DNA of 64,000 nt from Trypanosoma brucei (taxonomy: Eukaryota): the NCBI GenBank assembly GCA_000002445.1, contig CH464491.1, forward strand, positions 1,440,001 to 1,504,000, given 5' to 3'. Position 1 is the stretch's first letter. Every line of letters begins with the position of its first letter. The notes under the pieces were generated by a model that saw only the letters and a program-made list of their open reading frames with translations, did not search any database and was not told the DNA's origin. The position numbers and the translations under genes were made by a program. This document shows, piece after piece, positions 20,657 through 30,496 of this stretch.

Positions 20657-21253
20657 GTGATGGACAAGAGTAAAACGATGGAGATCCTCCGGAGCATGAA
20701 GTTTATGCAACGCAAAGAGGAGGCGAAACGCCGCGAACTGTTTGAAGCAGACCAAAAGAGGCGAATGGAGGAGCGCTTGCGCAAGCCTTCAGCGGCGGGA
20801 AGTGGTACCAGTGGCGCTGGGGATGGCTCTTTTGTTACACCCGCAATAAATGGTCCATCCGCCGACACGGGCCGAAAAACAGCGACGATTTTCTACGATG
20901 TCAACTTTCCCCGTGAACTCTACTCTCACTCACGCCTCTCCTTCGCTGCGAAGGCGTTGGCAACAGCTTCATCTTCTTCAGTTGCTGGAGCAGGAGCGGA
21001 AGAGGCAAGGGAATTCCAGCAGCGTGAAAAAGAGGAGGAAGATTGTGGGTCGCGACACGGTGGAGGTGCTGAACATTCCTCTGATGACGGGGAGTATTGG
21101 GAAGATATTAATGAGAAGGATGCTACAGCTGTTGAGTTTGGAAACAAAAAGAAGCGTTTCTGCGTGAAATCGAATGCCCCGAAGTTACCCAAAGATCTTG
21201 AACGAAAGGTGTCTGGGGTTAAGCGAAAGCGACGCGGAGGCCGGGGCGAGTGA
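20657..21253 (+). CDS. Small basic/acidic protein, possibly M-phase phosphoprotein 6 (MPP6)-like, a nuclear exosome cofactor.
   Basis: The N-terminus ...EILRSMKFMQRKEEAKRREL... matches the conserved N-terminal motif of MPP6/MPHOSPH6 (LSKNLLRMKFMQR). The protein is 198 aa, charged, with a C-terminal KRKRRGGRGE nuclear-localisation-like tail. Confidence 0.45.
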   Translation: MMDKSKTMEILRSMKFMQRKEEAKRRELFEADQKRRMEERLRKPSAAGSGTSGAGDGSFVTPAINGPSADTGRKTATIFYDVNFPRELYSHSRLSFAAKALATASSSSVAGAGAEEAREFQQREKEEEDCGSRHGGGAEHSSDDGEYWEDINEKDATAVEFGNKKKRFCVKSNAPKLPKDLERKVSGVKRKRRGGRGE

Positions 21254-21612
21254 GTAGTTGAAGTACATGTGCTAAATAACAAAACACCAGGCATTGTCGG
21301 ACAATGTTTTTGGTTGTTATTGTTGTCGATTCACGGACCACATCTGTCAGTAGGTGGGAAAATAGGTGGAGTTACCGAGAGGGGTTGGGGGTAGAGGGAC
21401 GATGCGGATGATGGAATCGTACCTTAGTGTCGCAATAATTGGTTTTTCCCGCTTCATTTCTAACGACAGGATGGATGGGTGCTTCGATTGCAGACTACAT
21501 CTTCTTCAACCCCTCATTTTTTCATATTTTGTTCGCTGCGCTGTTATCGCAGCTACATTTAAGGAGACGACGGTAAATATACAGAAGAAAAAATTACATC
21601 AAATAACCGTTC

Positions 21613-23400
21613 ATGGCCGAACTACGGGAAGGTCTTCATCCTCAGACACAGGAGTGTTCTGGTACGAAGTCTGAGACGGACGCAGATGAAAACTTTGAGG
21701 CCATGCGCCACGCCGCCCTTTCAATGTTTAAACAGCGTACCAAAGATCTTACGATGGTTTCAGCCCTCACCGCAGAAGCCGACCAGGTGGAACAACTAAA
21801 CACACAGGTGCAATCAACTATACAGAAACTGCAAGAGCAGAAGGCTTCACTGGAAGCTCAGATTGAGGCGGAGGAGCGTCGAGTCAAGCAGTGGGAAGCA
21901 CAGCTGCGTGAAGTACACGGAATGCTCGCGCAAATGAAGGAGGACCAGACAATGTTTGCGGGTACGCAACGCTCATCCGAAAAAATAGTGCTGACGTTGC
22001 AACATTTCGTCTCACAATACACTGAAAAGGGTGGTGACGTTTCACGTTTGCTGGATCGAGCTCAGGAAGCGACAGGGGGGCGCACGCCTAATGAGTGGCG
22101 CGGGGCTGCTAACGACTTGCGCAGGCGTGGAGTTGTGCTCCGCGAGCACATTGAACAAATCGAGAAGCAACAAATCGTCCCTCAGGCACTCATGGATTTA
22201 ATTATTGAGTGGACAAAAGGCGGGTGGAAAACATCTCCGGATTACTCCCCTGCGCTCTGTGTCTGTGAACAACTCGTTTTCTACGATCCTGAACAAGACG
22301 TAAGGGAGTTGGTAGCCTCGCGGTTGCGTTGGGATGCGGCGAAAAGCAGAACCATAAATGCCTCAACAGAGGGAGCAGAGACACTGGTTGATGACGCCAT
22401 CCGTGAATTGGATGAACTTCTCGAAGCCGTAGCCGCCGTGGAGAGGGAGTGCGAAGATGCTGGTCTCTGTTGCACTTCTACCTTGAAAGACAGTCTAAAC
22501 GGTGTAAAAGAACAGTGGTTAAATGTCCCACAATCACGGCAATTACTCATTGATGGTGTGAGATTGACTGAAGTTTGGAAGAAGCAACTGGAAGAACATG
22601 TTCTGGTGTCCAATCTTGTTTCTGAGCGCGTGGGTACACTGAGTTCTCACATCGATGAAGCTGAATCAAATTTTCAACATGAGAAGAAAAACTCAGAGTC
22701 TTCGAGGGAAATGTGCAACAACCTCCAGCTTTCGTGGACCAAGGCTCTTAATTTGGTGCTGATGCACGAGCGGAACATTGCGATCCGTGAAGTGGCAATA
22801 TGGACTGTAGAGGCGGAGTCACAGAAACTTCAAACAAAGTTGGAATCCATTTTGGCACTGACAGATGCTCGCTGGGGGGCGATCCAAGCGCAAGTAATTC
22901 AGCTCTGTGCCGCCGTTGCTGCGGGGAAACAGGAGGCGGCAGCAGCGCAGTTGCTGTTGGAGGGCACCGCAAAGGATTGCAAGTCAGTGTCAGAAAACCT
23001 CTCCGAACTGCAAGACACTTGTACAAAGTTTGAAGCGGAGTTGCGCCACGAGTGCGAAATGATTCCCGGGAGACTGCCAATATGCTTTACCACAGAGCCT
23101 CCACAATCGGAGGAAGAAACTTCACAGACAGAGGAAGAGGAGGAGAATCTCATTCCTGAGACCACCACACGTCAGGACGTTCTGGACGAATTGCTTAAGT
23201 TTCCTGTGGGCAGCGATGTCGGTTTCACTGCTTCGGCATTAGGCACTGGATTAACTTCAACTGGGCTGGAGGTGGAGTTGTTGCGGTGTGTTGCTCAATG
23301 TGTCATTGCAATGAAAAAGCAGGGACTTGATGTTGAGGAAAAGTATCGTGCGTGGAAGTGTCGCATGGATGAGGAGCTCGCTGCAGCCAATGCCGACTAA
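21613..23400 (+). CDS. Coiled-coil hypothetical protein.
   Basis: 595-aa ORF. Heptad-rich segments (QVEQLNTQVQSTIQKLQEQKASLEAQIEAEERRVKQWEAQLREV) and a C-terminal acidic EEEEEN stretch. No enzymatic motif. The start codon is uncertain. Confidence 0.55.
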   Translation: MAELREGLHPQTQECSGTKSETDADENFEAMRHAALSMFKQRTKDLTMVSALTAEADQVEQLNTQVQSTIQKLQEQKASLEAQIEAEERRVKQWEAQLREVHGMLAQMKEDQTMFAGTQRSSEKIVLTLQHFVSQYTEKGGDVSRLLDRAQEATGGRTPNEWRGAANDLRRRGVVLREHIEQIEKQQIVPQALMDLIIEWTKGGWKTSPDYSPALCVCEQLVFYDPEQDVRELVASRLRWDAAKSRTINASTEGAETLVDDAIRELDELLEAVAAVERECEDAGLCCTSTLKDSLNGVKEQWLNVPQSRQLLIDGVRLTEVWKKQLEEHVLVSNLVSERVGTLSSHIDEAESNFQHEKKNSESSREMCNNLQLSWTKALNLVLMHERNIAIREVAIWTVEAESQKLQTKLESILALTDARWGAIQAQVIQLCAAVAAGKQEAAAAQLLLEGTAKDCKSVSENLSELQDTCTKFEAELRHECEMIPGRLPICFTTEPPQSEEETSQTEEEEENLIPETTTRQDVLDELLKFPVGSDVGFTASALGTGLTSTGLEVELLRCVAQCVIAMKKQGLDVEEKYRAWKCRMDEELAAANAD

Positions 23401-24161
23401 GTGGTCGGATGAGTGTGAATGATTTATTACTTCAGGCTACTTTTTTTTCACTTATGATACTTGTTTTTTTTTTAAAAGAATACTGTACATATGTATGTTT
23501 CTGCATCGCTTTTTGGTTTGTTTCACATTCACAGGGCCTTGCTTTGGCAGTTCGTGAAGAAAAGATTTTTTTTCTTTTTTGCAAAGCTGGTGATGGACAC
23601 ATCACCTGACAGCTTGGAGGTAGATCCAAGGGATCAAACCAAATAACTCAAAAAGTTTCATCGTTTTTCATTTATTTTCGTTGTAATGGCTTAGCAGCGC
23701 TGAACATTCAATGTTCGTAGGTTTTTCCTTGTTTCACGTGTTTCAACTTATTTGATTTTTTTTTCGCAATTGCTGCACAGTGCACCCGGTTCAGTCGGCG
23801 TCCGTTTTCTTTAAAATATTAATGACAGATGACGAAACTTCTTGTAGCCTTGCCTTGTAGTTTTCTCTGAGTGACTGTTGTTGTACCAATTTTGCGACAT
23901 AATCAAATTCATTCACTGTCTCTTATTTACACATTTTTTTTTTTACGTCCATTCTCCCCCCAGGTTCATTTAGTCGTGACCTACCGGTTAGCAGGTGATA
24001 GTTTCATTTCATTGTAATCAAAACAAGACGTGGGGGTGACGAAAGAAGAAAAACGAGTTTTTGTGCGCGAAATAAGTACAAAAGTAGAAGGGGGTATCAG
24101 TCAAGGAGAGGACATCAGGAGGAGATATCGCCATTAAAACAGAGAGACGGAGTGGAGAATC

Positions 24162-26462
24162 ATGCAGTTGCATTTATCTTCAATCAGCATGATGTGTTTG
24201 CTGTTAGTAACACTGCAGTTGTCCTTCACCCCAAAGGTAACGAATGCCTCCATTTTTGGACAACCTAATGACCGTGATCTGTATGGTCTACTGGGTGTGT
24301 CACGTGGCTCCACAAAGGCCGAAATTAAGCGAGCATTCCGTACGATAACGCGGGAGCACCACCCCGACATGCAAGAGGGTGCTGAAGCAAAGGAAAAAGC
24401 CAAGGAATACATGGCAAAAGTGCTTGTCGCGTATAATATTCTATCAGATGATATCAAACGCAGTGATTATGATCAGTTCGGAAGGATTGCTGGTGAACGG
24501 CTTAACGCGGCAGATTTTACATCCGATGAGTTATTCGAGCGCTTTAATCAGCATCCACCTATTTTATCGAAATCTTTGCAACTGGAGAATCTCATAGTCT
24601 TGCGAAGGATTCTCAACTTCCGCGGAAACCGACTTTTCCTCCTTCAAGTGTACGATGACACGTGCAAGTCATGTCAATTGTTCTCTTCAGTGTGGGAGAA
24701 TCTTGTGCACTCCACCCTCGTTGAATCGGGTGCAGTTGTGCTGTTACGTATTGACGCCTATTCTGACGAGGGTCCGGAACTGCTTAAGGAACTTCATGCT
24801 TCATACGACAAGGAAGTGAAGGTTTATGGTATTGCAGATGGGGTGGTGTGGAACATGCCACAGATGGCCGTCGCGGTGAAGAGTAACAGTCAGCGTCAAT
24901 TGGATTACGCCTTAATGGAGTTCGTTGGCAACTTTTTTTATGACCGACGTGCCGAGGTGAATTCAATGGGCAATGTGGAGGATGTACAAGTTCTCCTTCA
25001 ATGGCTGCGGGAGCGCCGTTCTGAGGGCGATTCCGTTCGCGTTTTGCTTCCCCCACTTGCAACAAACGATATGGGGGTGGCTTTATCCGCTCTATACGAA
25101 GGTTCAGCACTGGTTCGCAGTGTTCCACGGGCAGTGCTACTGAGTCTTGTTGAAGAATACTGTGCGCAATCCGTTGATGTGCTCGGTGGTGGTGGTGAGC
25201 CCGTTCCCTTACCAGAGTTTGTGGTCGCTTCGGTTGAGCAATTACCTAATATATCTAGTGATGAATCCGCTGGTAATAAAAGTCAAATGAGAAGTTGTAG
25301 AGGGATAGTAGTTGGAGCTGCTGCTGCCCTGACCTACCGCAAGGCCGTTAATTTCCTGAAGGAGAGTTTTCCACAACGTCACCTCGGCATGTCAGGTCTT
25401 ACGCATGTTACCAGTGTATCTTTCTTTGATATATGCAAAAAACACTGTTTGCTTTGGTTACGTGATAACTGCGAGGGTGAGCCCACCGGCACTTGGTTGG
25501 AAGCGTTAAGAGGTGACTACAAACCGTTCAAAGTGGGTTACATCTGTTTGAGCTCCGAGCCTTCTCTTAGGGATGCAGTTCCTCTGCCTTTGGGCACAAC
25601 GGGGAACTTACTCCTGGCTCTTGTCGATGGTGACGATAGTAAGCTTCACGTGATGCCGGACATTCCTGATAAGGTAAACATAGCGCAGTCACTGTCCAGT
25701 ATACTTGCAGAAGTTGGTTCCACCACACCACTGCAACTTGATGCACCACTTTCCCGCATTCTGTCGTCAGTACCGTTCCGAATGTCACGCAATCAATACT
25801 TATACATGTGTTTCCTCTGGATTTTTGGCCTGGTGTATCCATTCTTCTCTACGTGTTACCCCTTTTTCATGATGTTTGTGACGCACAAGTTGTTACAGCG
25901 GTATAACCTTCTCGGAAACAACAGAAATGACAACAACAGTCAGACAAACGAACAGCCATCGGGTGCGTCCAACACCTGCAGCCGCTGTAGCGGCACCGCC
26001 CCTTCAGGCAGTTGTAAATCCACCGCTTCAGTCACCCGTGGAAGCGCATGTGATAATGGTACATCTAGCAAAGAGGTTATTTCGTGCCCTATTGAGGTTT
26101 ACACCTCAGCTGATTTGAGGGAGGCAAAAGATGGTCGAGGGTTTCTTATACTAATCTTTGCCGAAAACGGTAAAACTATTGAGCCGCCACAGTGTTTCGC
26201 GAAGGACTCACGCTTTGTCTTCCGCGCTGTTCCAGAAGATGACACCCTGTGGAGGCAGTGGCTTTCGCAACATGTGACTTCCACACACACGGGCGGTGCA
26301 GAAGAAAATGGCTTGAATAAGGGGGGTGCATTGCATGTTGTTGCGATCCGTCGGGGGAAAATGCTCGCTGCAATTAAATCCCTGTGTGCTTCGGTGGAGG
26401 CCTGGTTGTTTGATATGGCTGATGGTACAATTGTCGCTGACTTACCGCTTCCGGAGCTGTGA
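24162..26462 (+). CDS. ER-type DnaJ (Hsp40) protein with a thioredoxin-like domain and a C-terminal transmembrane segment, with DNAJC16/ERdj8-like architecture.
   Basis: Signal peptide (MQLHLSSISMMCLLLVTLQL). J domain with an intact HPD (DLYGLLGVSRGSTKAEIKRAFRTITREHHPDM...YDQFG). A thioredoxin-like segment with a CxxC-type CKSC motif (LLQVYDDTCKSCQLFSSVWENL). A hydrophobic transmembrane segment (YLYMCFLWIFGLVYPFFSTCYPFFMMFV). Confidence 0.85.
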   Translation: MQLHLSSISMMCLLLVTLQLSFTPKVTNASIFGQPNDRDLYGLLGVSRGSTKAEIKRAFRTITREHHPDMQEGAEAKEKAKEYMAKVLVAYNILSDDIKRSDYDQFGRIAGERLNAADFTSDELFERFNQHPPILSKSLQLENLIVLRRILNFRGNRLFLLQVYDDTCKSCQLFSSVWENLVHSTLVESGAVVLLRIDAYSDEGPELLKELHASYDKEVKVYGIADGVVWNMPQMAVAVKSNSQRQLDYALMEFVGNFFYDRRAEVNSMGNVEDVQVLLQWLRERRSEGDSVRVLLPPLATNDMGVALSALYEGSALVRSVPRAVLLSLVEEYCAQSVDVLGGGGEPVPLPEFVVASVEQLPNISSDESAGNKSQMRSCRGIVVGAAAALTYRKAVNFLKESFPQRHLGMSGLTHVTSVSFFDICKKHCLLWLRDNCEGEPTGTWLEALRGDYKPFKVGYICLSSEPSLRDAVPLPLGTTGNLLLALVDGDDSKLHVMPDIPDKVNIAQSLSSILAEVGSTTPLQLDAPLSRILSSVPFRMSRNQYLYMCFLWIFGLVYPFFSTCYPFFMMFVTHKLLQRYNLLGNNRNDNNSQTNEQPSGASNTCSRCSGTAPSGSCKSTASVTRGSACDNGTSSKEVISCPIEVYTSADLREAKDGRGFLILIFAENGKTIEPPQCFAKDSRFVFRAVPEDDTLWRQWLSQHVTSTHTGGAEENGLNKGGALHVVAIRRGKMLAAIKSLCASVEAWLFDMADGTIVADLPLPEL

Positions 26463-27058
26463 CGAAACCAGTCATTTTTAGCGTACGTTTCTACGTCTTT
26501 TCCATTTTGTTGTAACCTCTTCTTCTTTTCTTCACTTCCGAGGCTCGCGGTGGAATGAGGTACAGATACTTTTGACATTTTTTAAAAAAAATGACAACAC
26601 AGCGGATTAACGAGTGACCTTTCGGAATTCTTTGATATTGTAAGTAATTTGTGTGCATAGATGGTATTTTGTATCGTTACCTCTCCCATGGTTCGTTTCC
26701 TTCTCTTACAGTCGTGCGAAACATTTTTGTTACATAGTCGCGGCGAAAGCTTCTTCTTACAGCACCACCTTTTCCCGTACCCCCGGGTATTTTGCATGCT
26801 ATTTTTTTTTGTTGTTGTTGCTTTTACCTGTTGACTCCAATTACTCGTCTACGGCGCTTAAACCTTTCGCTGCGCTCATCATTGTGTAACTCCCTTTCGG
26901 ACCCCCTTTCGATAATACCCATGGCAAATACAGATTAAAAAAGGAAGGAGGGGAACGTACACAATAGACGAAAATAAGATAAAAATAGAAAACGTATTTG
27001 ATTTTGTTGGCTAAAACAGCACATTTTCCCGTTCTGTGATTACGTGAAATAGGCTTCT

Positions 27059-27766
27059 ATGAGTGCTTCTGGAAGTGGAGTGGCTGCCATCTATGGCAGG
27101 GCGGAGGAGGCCCAAAATGCCCCGGTGAAGCTGCAGCCAGTCCCCGCTTTTGAACTCTATAAAGCTGCACGCGAGGAGGAGCTGTGTTCGTACCGCAGCC
27201 TTTGTCGGGTGTTGTGTATGCACAGCGGCGGGAAGTTGACCAAACAACAACGACGGATTTTGGAGGACATGCGGGAGGAGTTGTGTTTGCCCACGGAGCG
27301 CGCCGAAGCCGAATTGGCGGCGGCCCGGGAGGATGTTTTGGTCACGAGTGTTGCCGCCTCTGGTGTGTTGAAGCGTCGCCAGGATTTTTTTGATGGGGTC
27401 ACTGATGTTCCTCTTGACACACTGAGCTACGCGGAGTCTGCGAAGGATGATAATAATTCCTTATACGTCGCACAAACGAAAGTGGCGAGAACAGAGCAGA
27501 TTGTCGGTGGTGTTCACGGTCGTCATGCAGCTCCAAGTAAGATGTCGATCCGAGAGATTCATAAAAACTTGGAGCGAATCGGGAGGGAAGTTGCTGCAAC
27601 TAGCAGTAAGTTGCTTTACTGCACCTCTGTGGTAGATCAACAAGCGTACCGTAACGTACTGCAACAGAAGCGGGAACAACTTCAAGCGATGCTTAGGGAA
27701 GTGGAGGATGCCCCTCCAGACATGTCTGGTATCGCCAGTGTAATGCCTTCAGAGCATGTCTACTGA
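27059..27766 (+). CDS. ENT (EMSY N-terminal) domain protein.
   Basis: Residues ~25-95 (FELYKAAREEELCSYRSLCRVLCMHSGGKLTKQQRRILEDMREELCLPTERAEAELAAARED) follow the ENT-domain pattern (E-x-EAY-x-VL-RAF...G-LT-EKE-LL-LR-EL-I). 235 aa with a basic/coiled C-terminus. Confidence 0.5.
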   Translation: MSASGSGVAAIYGRAEEAQNAPVKLQPVPAFELYKAAREEELCSYRSLCRVLCMHSGGKLTKQQRRILEDMREELCLPTERAEAELAAAREDVLVTSVAASGVLKRRQDFFDGVTDVPLDTLSYAESAKDDNNSLYVAQTKVARTEQIVGGVHGRHAAPSKMSIREIHKNLERIGREVAATSSKLLYCTSVVDQQAYRNVLQQKREQLQAMLREVEDAPPDMSGIASVMPSEHVY

Positions 27767-28369
27767 TGGTGGTTTGTATTGGTTTCCCCCTTCTCTCTCT
27801 ATCCTCCCCTCTTCTGTTTACTTTTTAATTTTTATTTGATGCGTATTTGGTTGCACTTTGTGGGTCTCAGACTGCTCTCTGGTGGTGGTGTTGGTGATTA
27901 TGGTGTAATTGTTGTGTTTGATTCGGGTTGGACCCACTTGATTCCACGCATCGTGTATTCCTCTTTTTTTATATCCCTTTTCACATACCGGTGGTGGCAG
28001 GTGGAGGAAGGCGCTTCGTATGCTTTTCCCTAATTGCCCTGACCAGTAACAATTAAAGAAGGAAACATCCCTGAAATTATGACAGCAGCGAATTGGTGTA
28101 CGCCCTTTTTGTGGATTGCTGCAAAGGTTTCCGTGACGTACTATTATTTCTGCTCTCAGCCTACTTTGTGCTATACTGGAGCGTTGTGTTACTCTGTGGG
28201 TAGCGGCGTTACCTCCCTTCTTATCATTGTTATCGCTCACCTTTGCCATTTTGGAGTGACCGTCTTTTTCTTCTTCTCAAATTGTGTTGACACTTTCTTC
28301 TACATATCTATCTAGCGTCCCGTTGCGACTCATTGTTGTGTCGTAAAGTAAGACAGCATTACGAATGGA

Positions 28370-29902
28370 ATGCAAGGGACCGCATGTGCTAGCGCATATG
28401 CCAGGTACAACTGCCGCCAGAAGCAATACCACGGCATGCGCAACGCCGTTCAATTCGTGTTCCCTCTTCTGAGGAAAGTTTTATCTTTTGCCAGAACTCC
28501 CCCTCGCGAGCAGCTGTTGAGCATGTTGGTAGGTGCCCCTTATTCGCTAGCGCACGAGGGTCCTTTAACTTGCACTCACCTGCACGCATTTGTCAACACT
28601 CCTGAGGGCGAACTTCTACGCATGTTCGAGGGATGCATTGCAGAACGGCTTGCAGCGCCACCTTCGCAACATGTGATGAAAATGTGGTCACCTGACTTGC
28701 AGGAATATTACAAACGCGCAACTGCCAAAGCGTGCGTGGACGCATCAGGCGAAAGGAAACCACAGAGATTCGAGGCTGGTCTAAGTGCTTGTAGCGTTTT
28801 TTCATTAGGAGTACAAAATCACACTGTCGAGAGCGATCTCTGGGGGGAATTCGGAAGCGGACATACACATCAAGGCACTTATTTGAACCCGTTTGGAGAT
28901 CAGGCTGCACGTGAAGGTGAGGAGGACATAGCGAGTGATTGGTGTCGCTTAATTGACATGTACTCCTTGTTTTTACCAGATCGCTCTCCGTTGCATGAGT
29001 TGGAGAACCTTCCACAAGAAATCGGAATTGGCGAACTCTTGCTGTCACTCCTGAAACATGTCTACATGACTGATATAGATATCAAAACGATTGTGGATGT
29101 GGGTGGCGGTAATGGTTTTTTAGCTGCACAGCTCGCAGAACGGCTTGGTTGTGAATCTTTTGTGGTCGACCCATTTACACCTAAACATGCTATTGATAAT
29201 GCGAATTTTCCACACTGGACCGTGGGAGCTCGCGTTAGGCAACGCAGGGAACGTCGATATCCGCTGCACCGTATTTCCAAGCGACTACAGGATGTTGACT
29301 GGGGAAATACTCACATAGATTTTGATTCTTGTGCCGTTGTGGCAAAGCACCTCTGTGGAACTTCTGTTGATAGTTGTTTGCGTCATTTAATGGCTTCTAA
29401 CAAGCTTCCTCGGGTACTGGTTGTGGTCCCCTGCTGTTTTAATAAGGGAAGATACGCTGAATACTGTAACCCTGGTTTCCTCTCTCATGTGGCTGATGTG
29501 GAAGGTGAGTTGTCGTGGGAGCAGTGCACTCGCCTCACTGATTGGAATAAATCCTGTTACCAACAAGCTGGGAATCCATTAAGTTGCTCGTCTTGTTGCA
29601 GCTGTTGTAATGGTAGTTATGATCGAAGAGCTGGGGAGAAGAAAGTCAGCCGGAAAAGGAAGATGGAACACTTTCTTCCTTGTATGGACGACATAGCTAC
29701 TCTAGTGGAGGTGATTATAAATTATGGACGCGTGCTGTGGCTGCGTGAGATGGGTTACCAGACCTCCGTCGTAGAATATGTTCCTCGCTGTGTTACACCG
29801 AAGAATCGAGCAATTGTAGCGGTGCGCAGAGAACGCAGTAGTGACGCAAGTCTGGAAATTACGATGTCGGACACACACCCCTCATTACCTGCCTTTCAAT
29901 AA
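28370..29902 (+). CDS. Putative SAM-dependent methyltransferase (METTL25/Methyltransf_32-like).
   Basis: Class-I methyltransferase motif I, IVDVGGGNGFLAAQLAERLG, is followed by an acidic post-I residue (FVVDPF). 510 aa with Cys clusters near the C-terminus (CSSCCSCCNGS). Confidence 0.55.
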   Translation: MQGTACASAYARYNCRQKQYHGMRNAVQFVFPLLRKVLSFARTPPREQLLSMLVGAPYSLAHEGPLTCTHLHAFVNTPEGELLRMFEGCIAERLAAPPSQHVMKMWSPDLQEYYKRATAKACVDASGERKPQRFEAGLSACSVFSLGVQNHTVESDLWGEFGSGHTHQGTYLNPFGDQAAREGEEDIASDWCRLIDMYSLFLPDRSPLHELENLPQEIGIGELLLSLLKHVYMTDIDIKTIVDVGGGNGFLAAQLAERLGCESFVVDPFTPKHAIDNANFPHWTVGARVRQRRERRYPLHRISKRLQDVDWGNTHIDFDSCAVVAKHLCGTSVDSCLRHLMASNKLPRVLVVVPCCFNKGRYAEYCNPGFLSHVADVEGELSWEQCTRLTDWNKSCYQQAGNPLSCSSCCSCCNGSYDRRAGEKKVSRKRKMEHFLPCMDDIATLVEVIINYGRVLWLREMGYQTSVVEYVPRCVTPKNRAIVAVRRERSSDASLEITMSDTHPSLPAFQ

Positions 29903-29906
29903 CTCA

Positions 29907-29916
29907 GGGGGGGGGG
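29907..29916. repeat. G10 homopolymer immediately 3' of a stop codon.
   Basis: gggggggggg begins 5 nt after the TAA (29900-29902) of the methyltransferase gene. Similar runs are G9 at 35818-35826, G12 at 53654-53665 and G8 at about 43149-43156. Confidence 0.9.
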
Positions 29917-30496
29917 ACGGCTTACCCCACTAATTTTTTTTCGTGTAATATGGCATCCATGCCTCTACAGCTGCTGCCAAAGCGACTGATGCAGTGACTA
30001 CTTGGGACTTTCATTAGGAACTGTGTTATGCGAGACAAAAATTTAGCGCACCAATGCATCATTTCCATGGGACCAACGCGAGATGTAAGTGCTTTTTGAT
30101 GAAGCGATTTGGTATTGAGTTTGTTGATGGGCGTATATGGTGGTGGCTGGAGCGAGTGGTGGCAAGTCTGTTAGGTGGACATGAAAGGGGTGGGTGGGTA
30201 TGACTGCCCTTTCCTTTTACAGTTAACTAGCGTTCGAGGTTCCGCGATACAGCGGTGAATGAAGAGTTGACATATATGAAGGAAATTGTACCGAACCGCT
30301 ATACAAATTCCCTCTTTATTTTGTTACTTCAACTACCATGTGGGTGCGGTGGTATTTTTTTTTTTCTTCCTTCTCTTCCAGTAACCTTAAACAGCACCCT
30401 GAAGATCCCGAGTGGGTATCGTAAGTGGGCACATCACGTCAGAGCTAGTGCATTAGGTCCCCTCTGCTCCATAGGTTAACGCAATCACATTAACCA

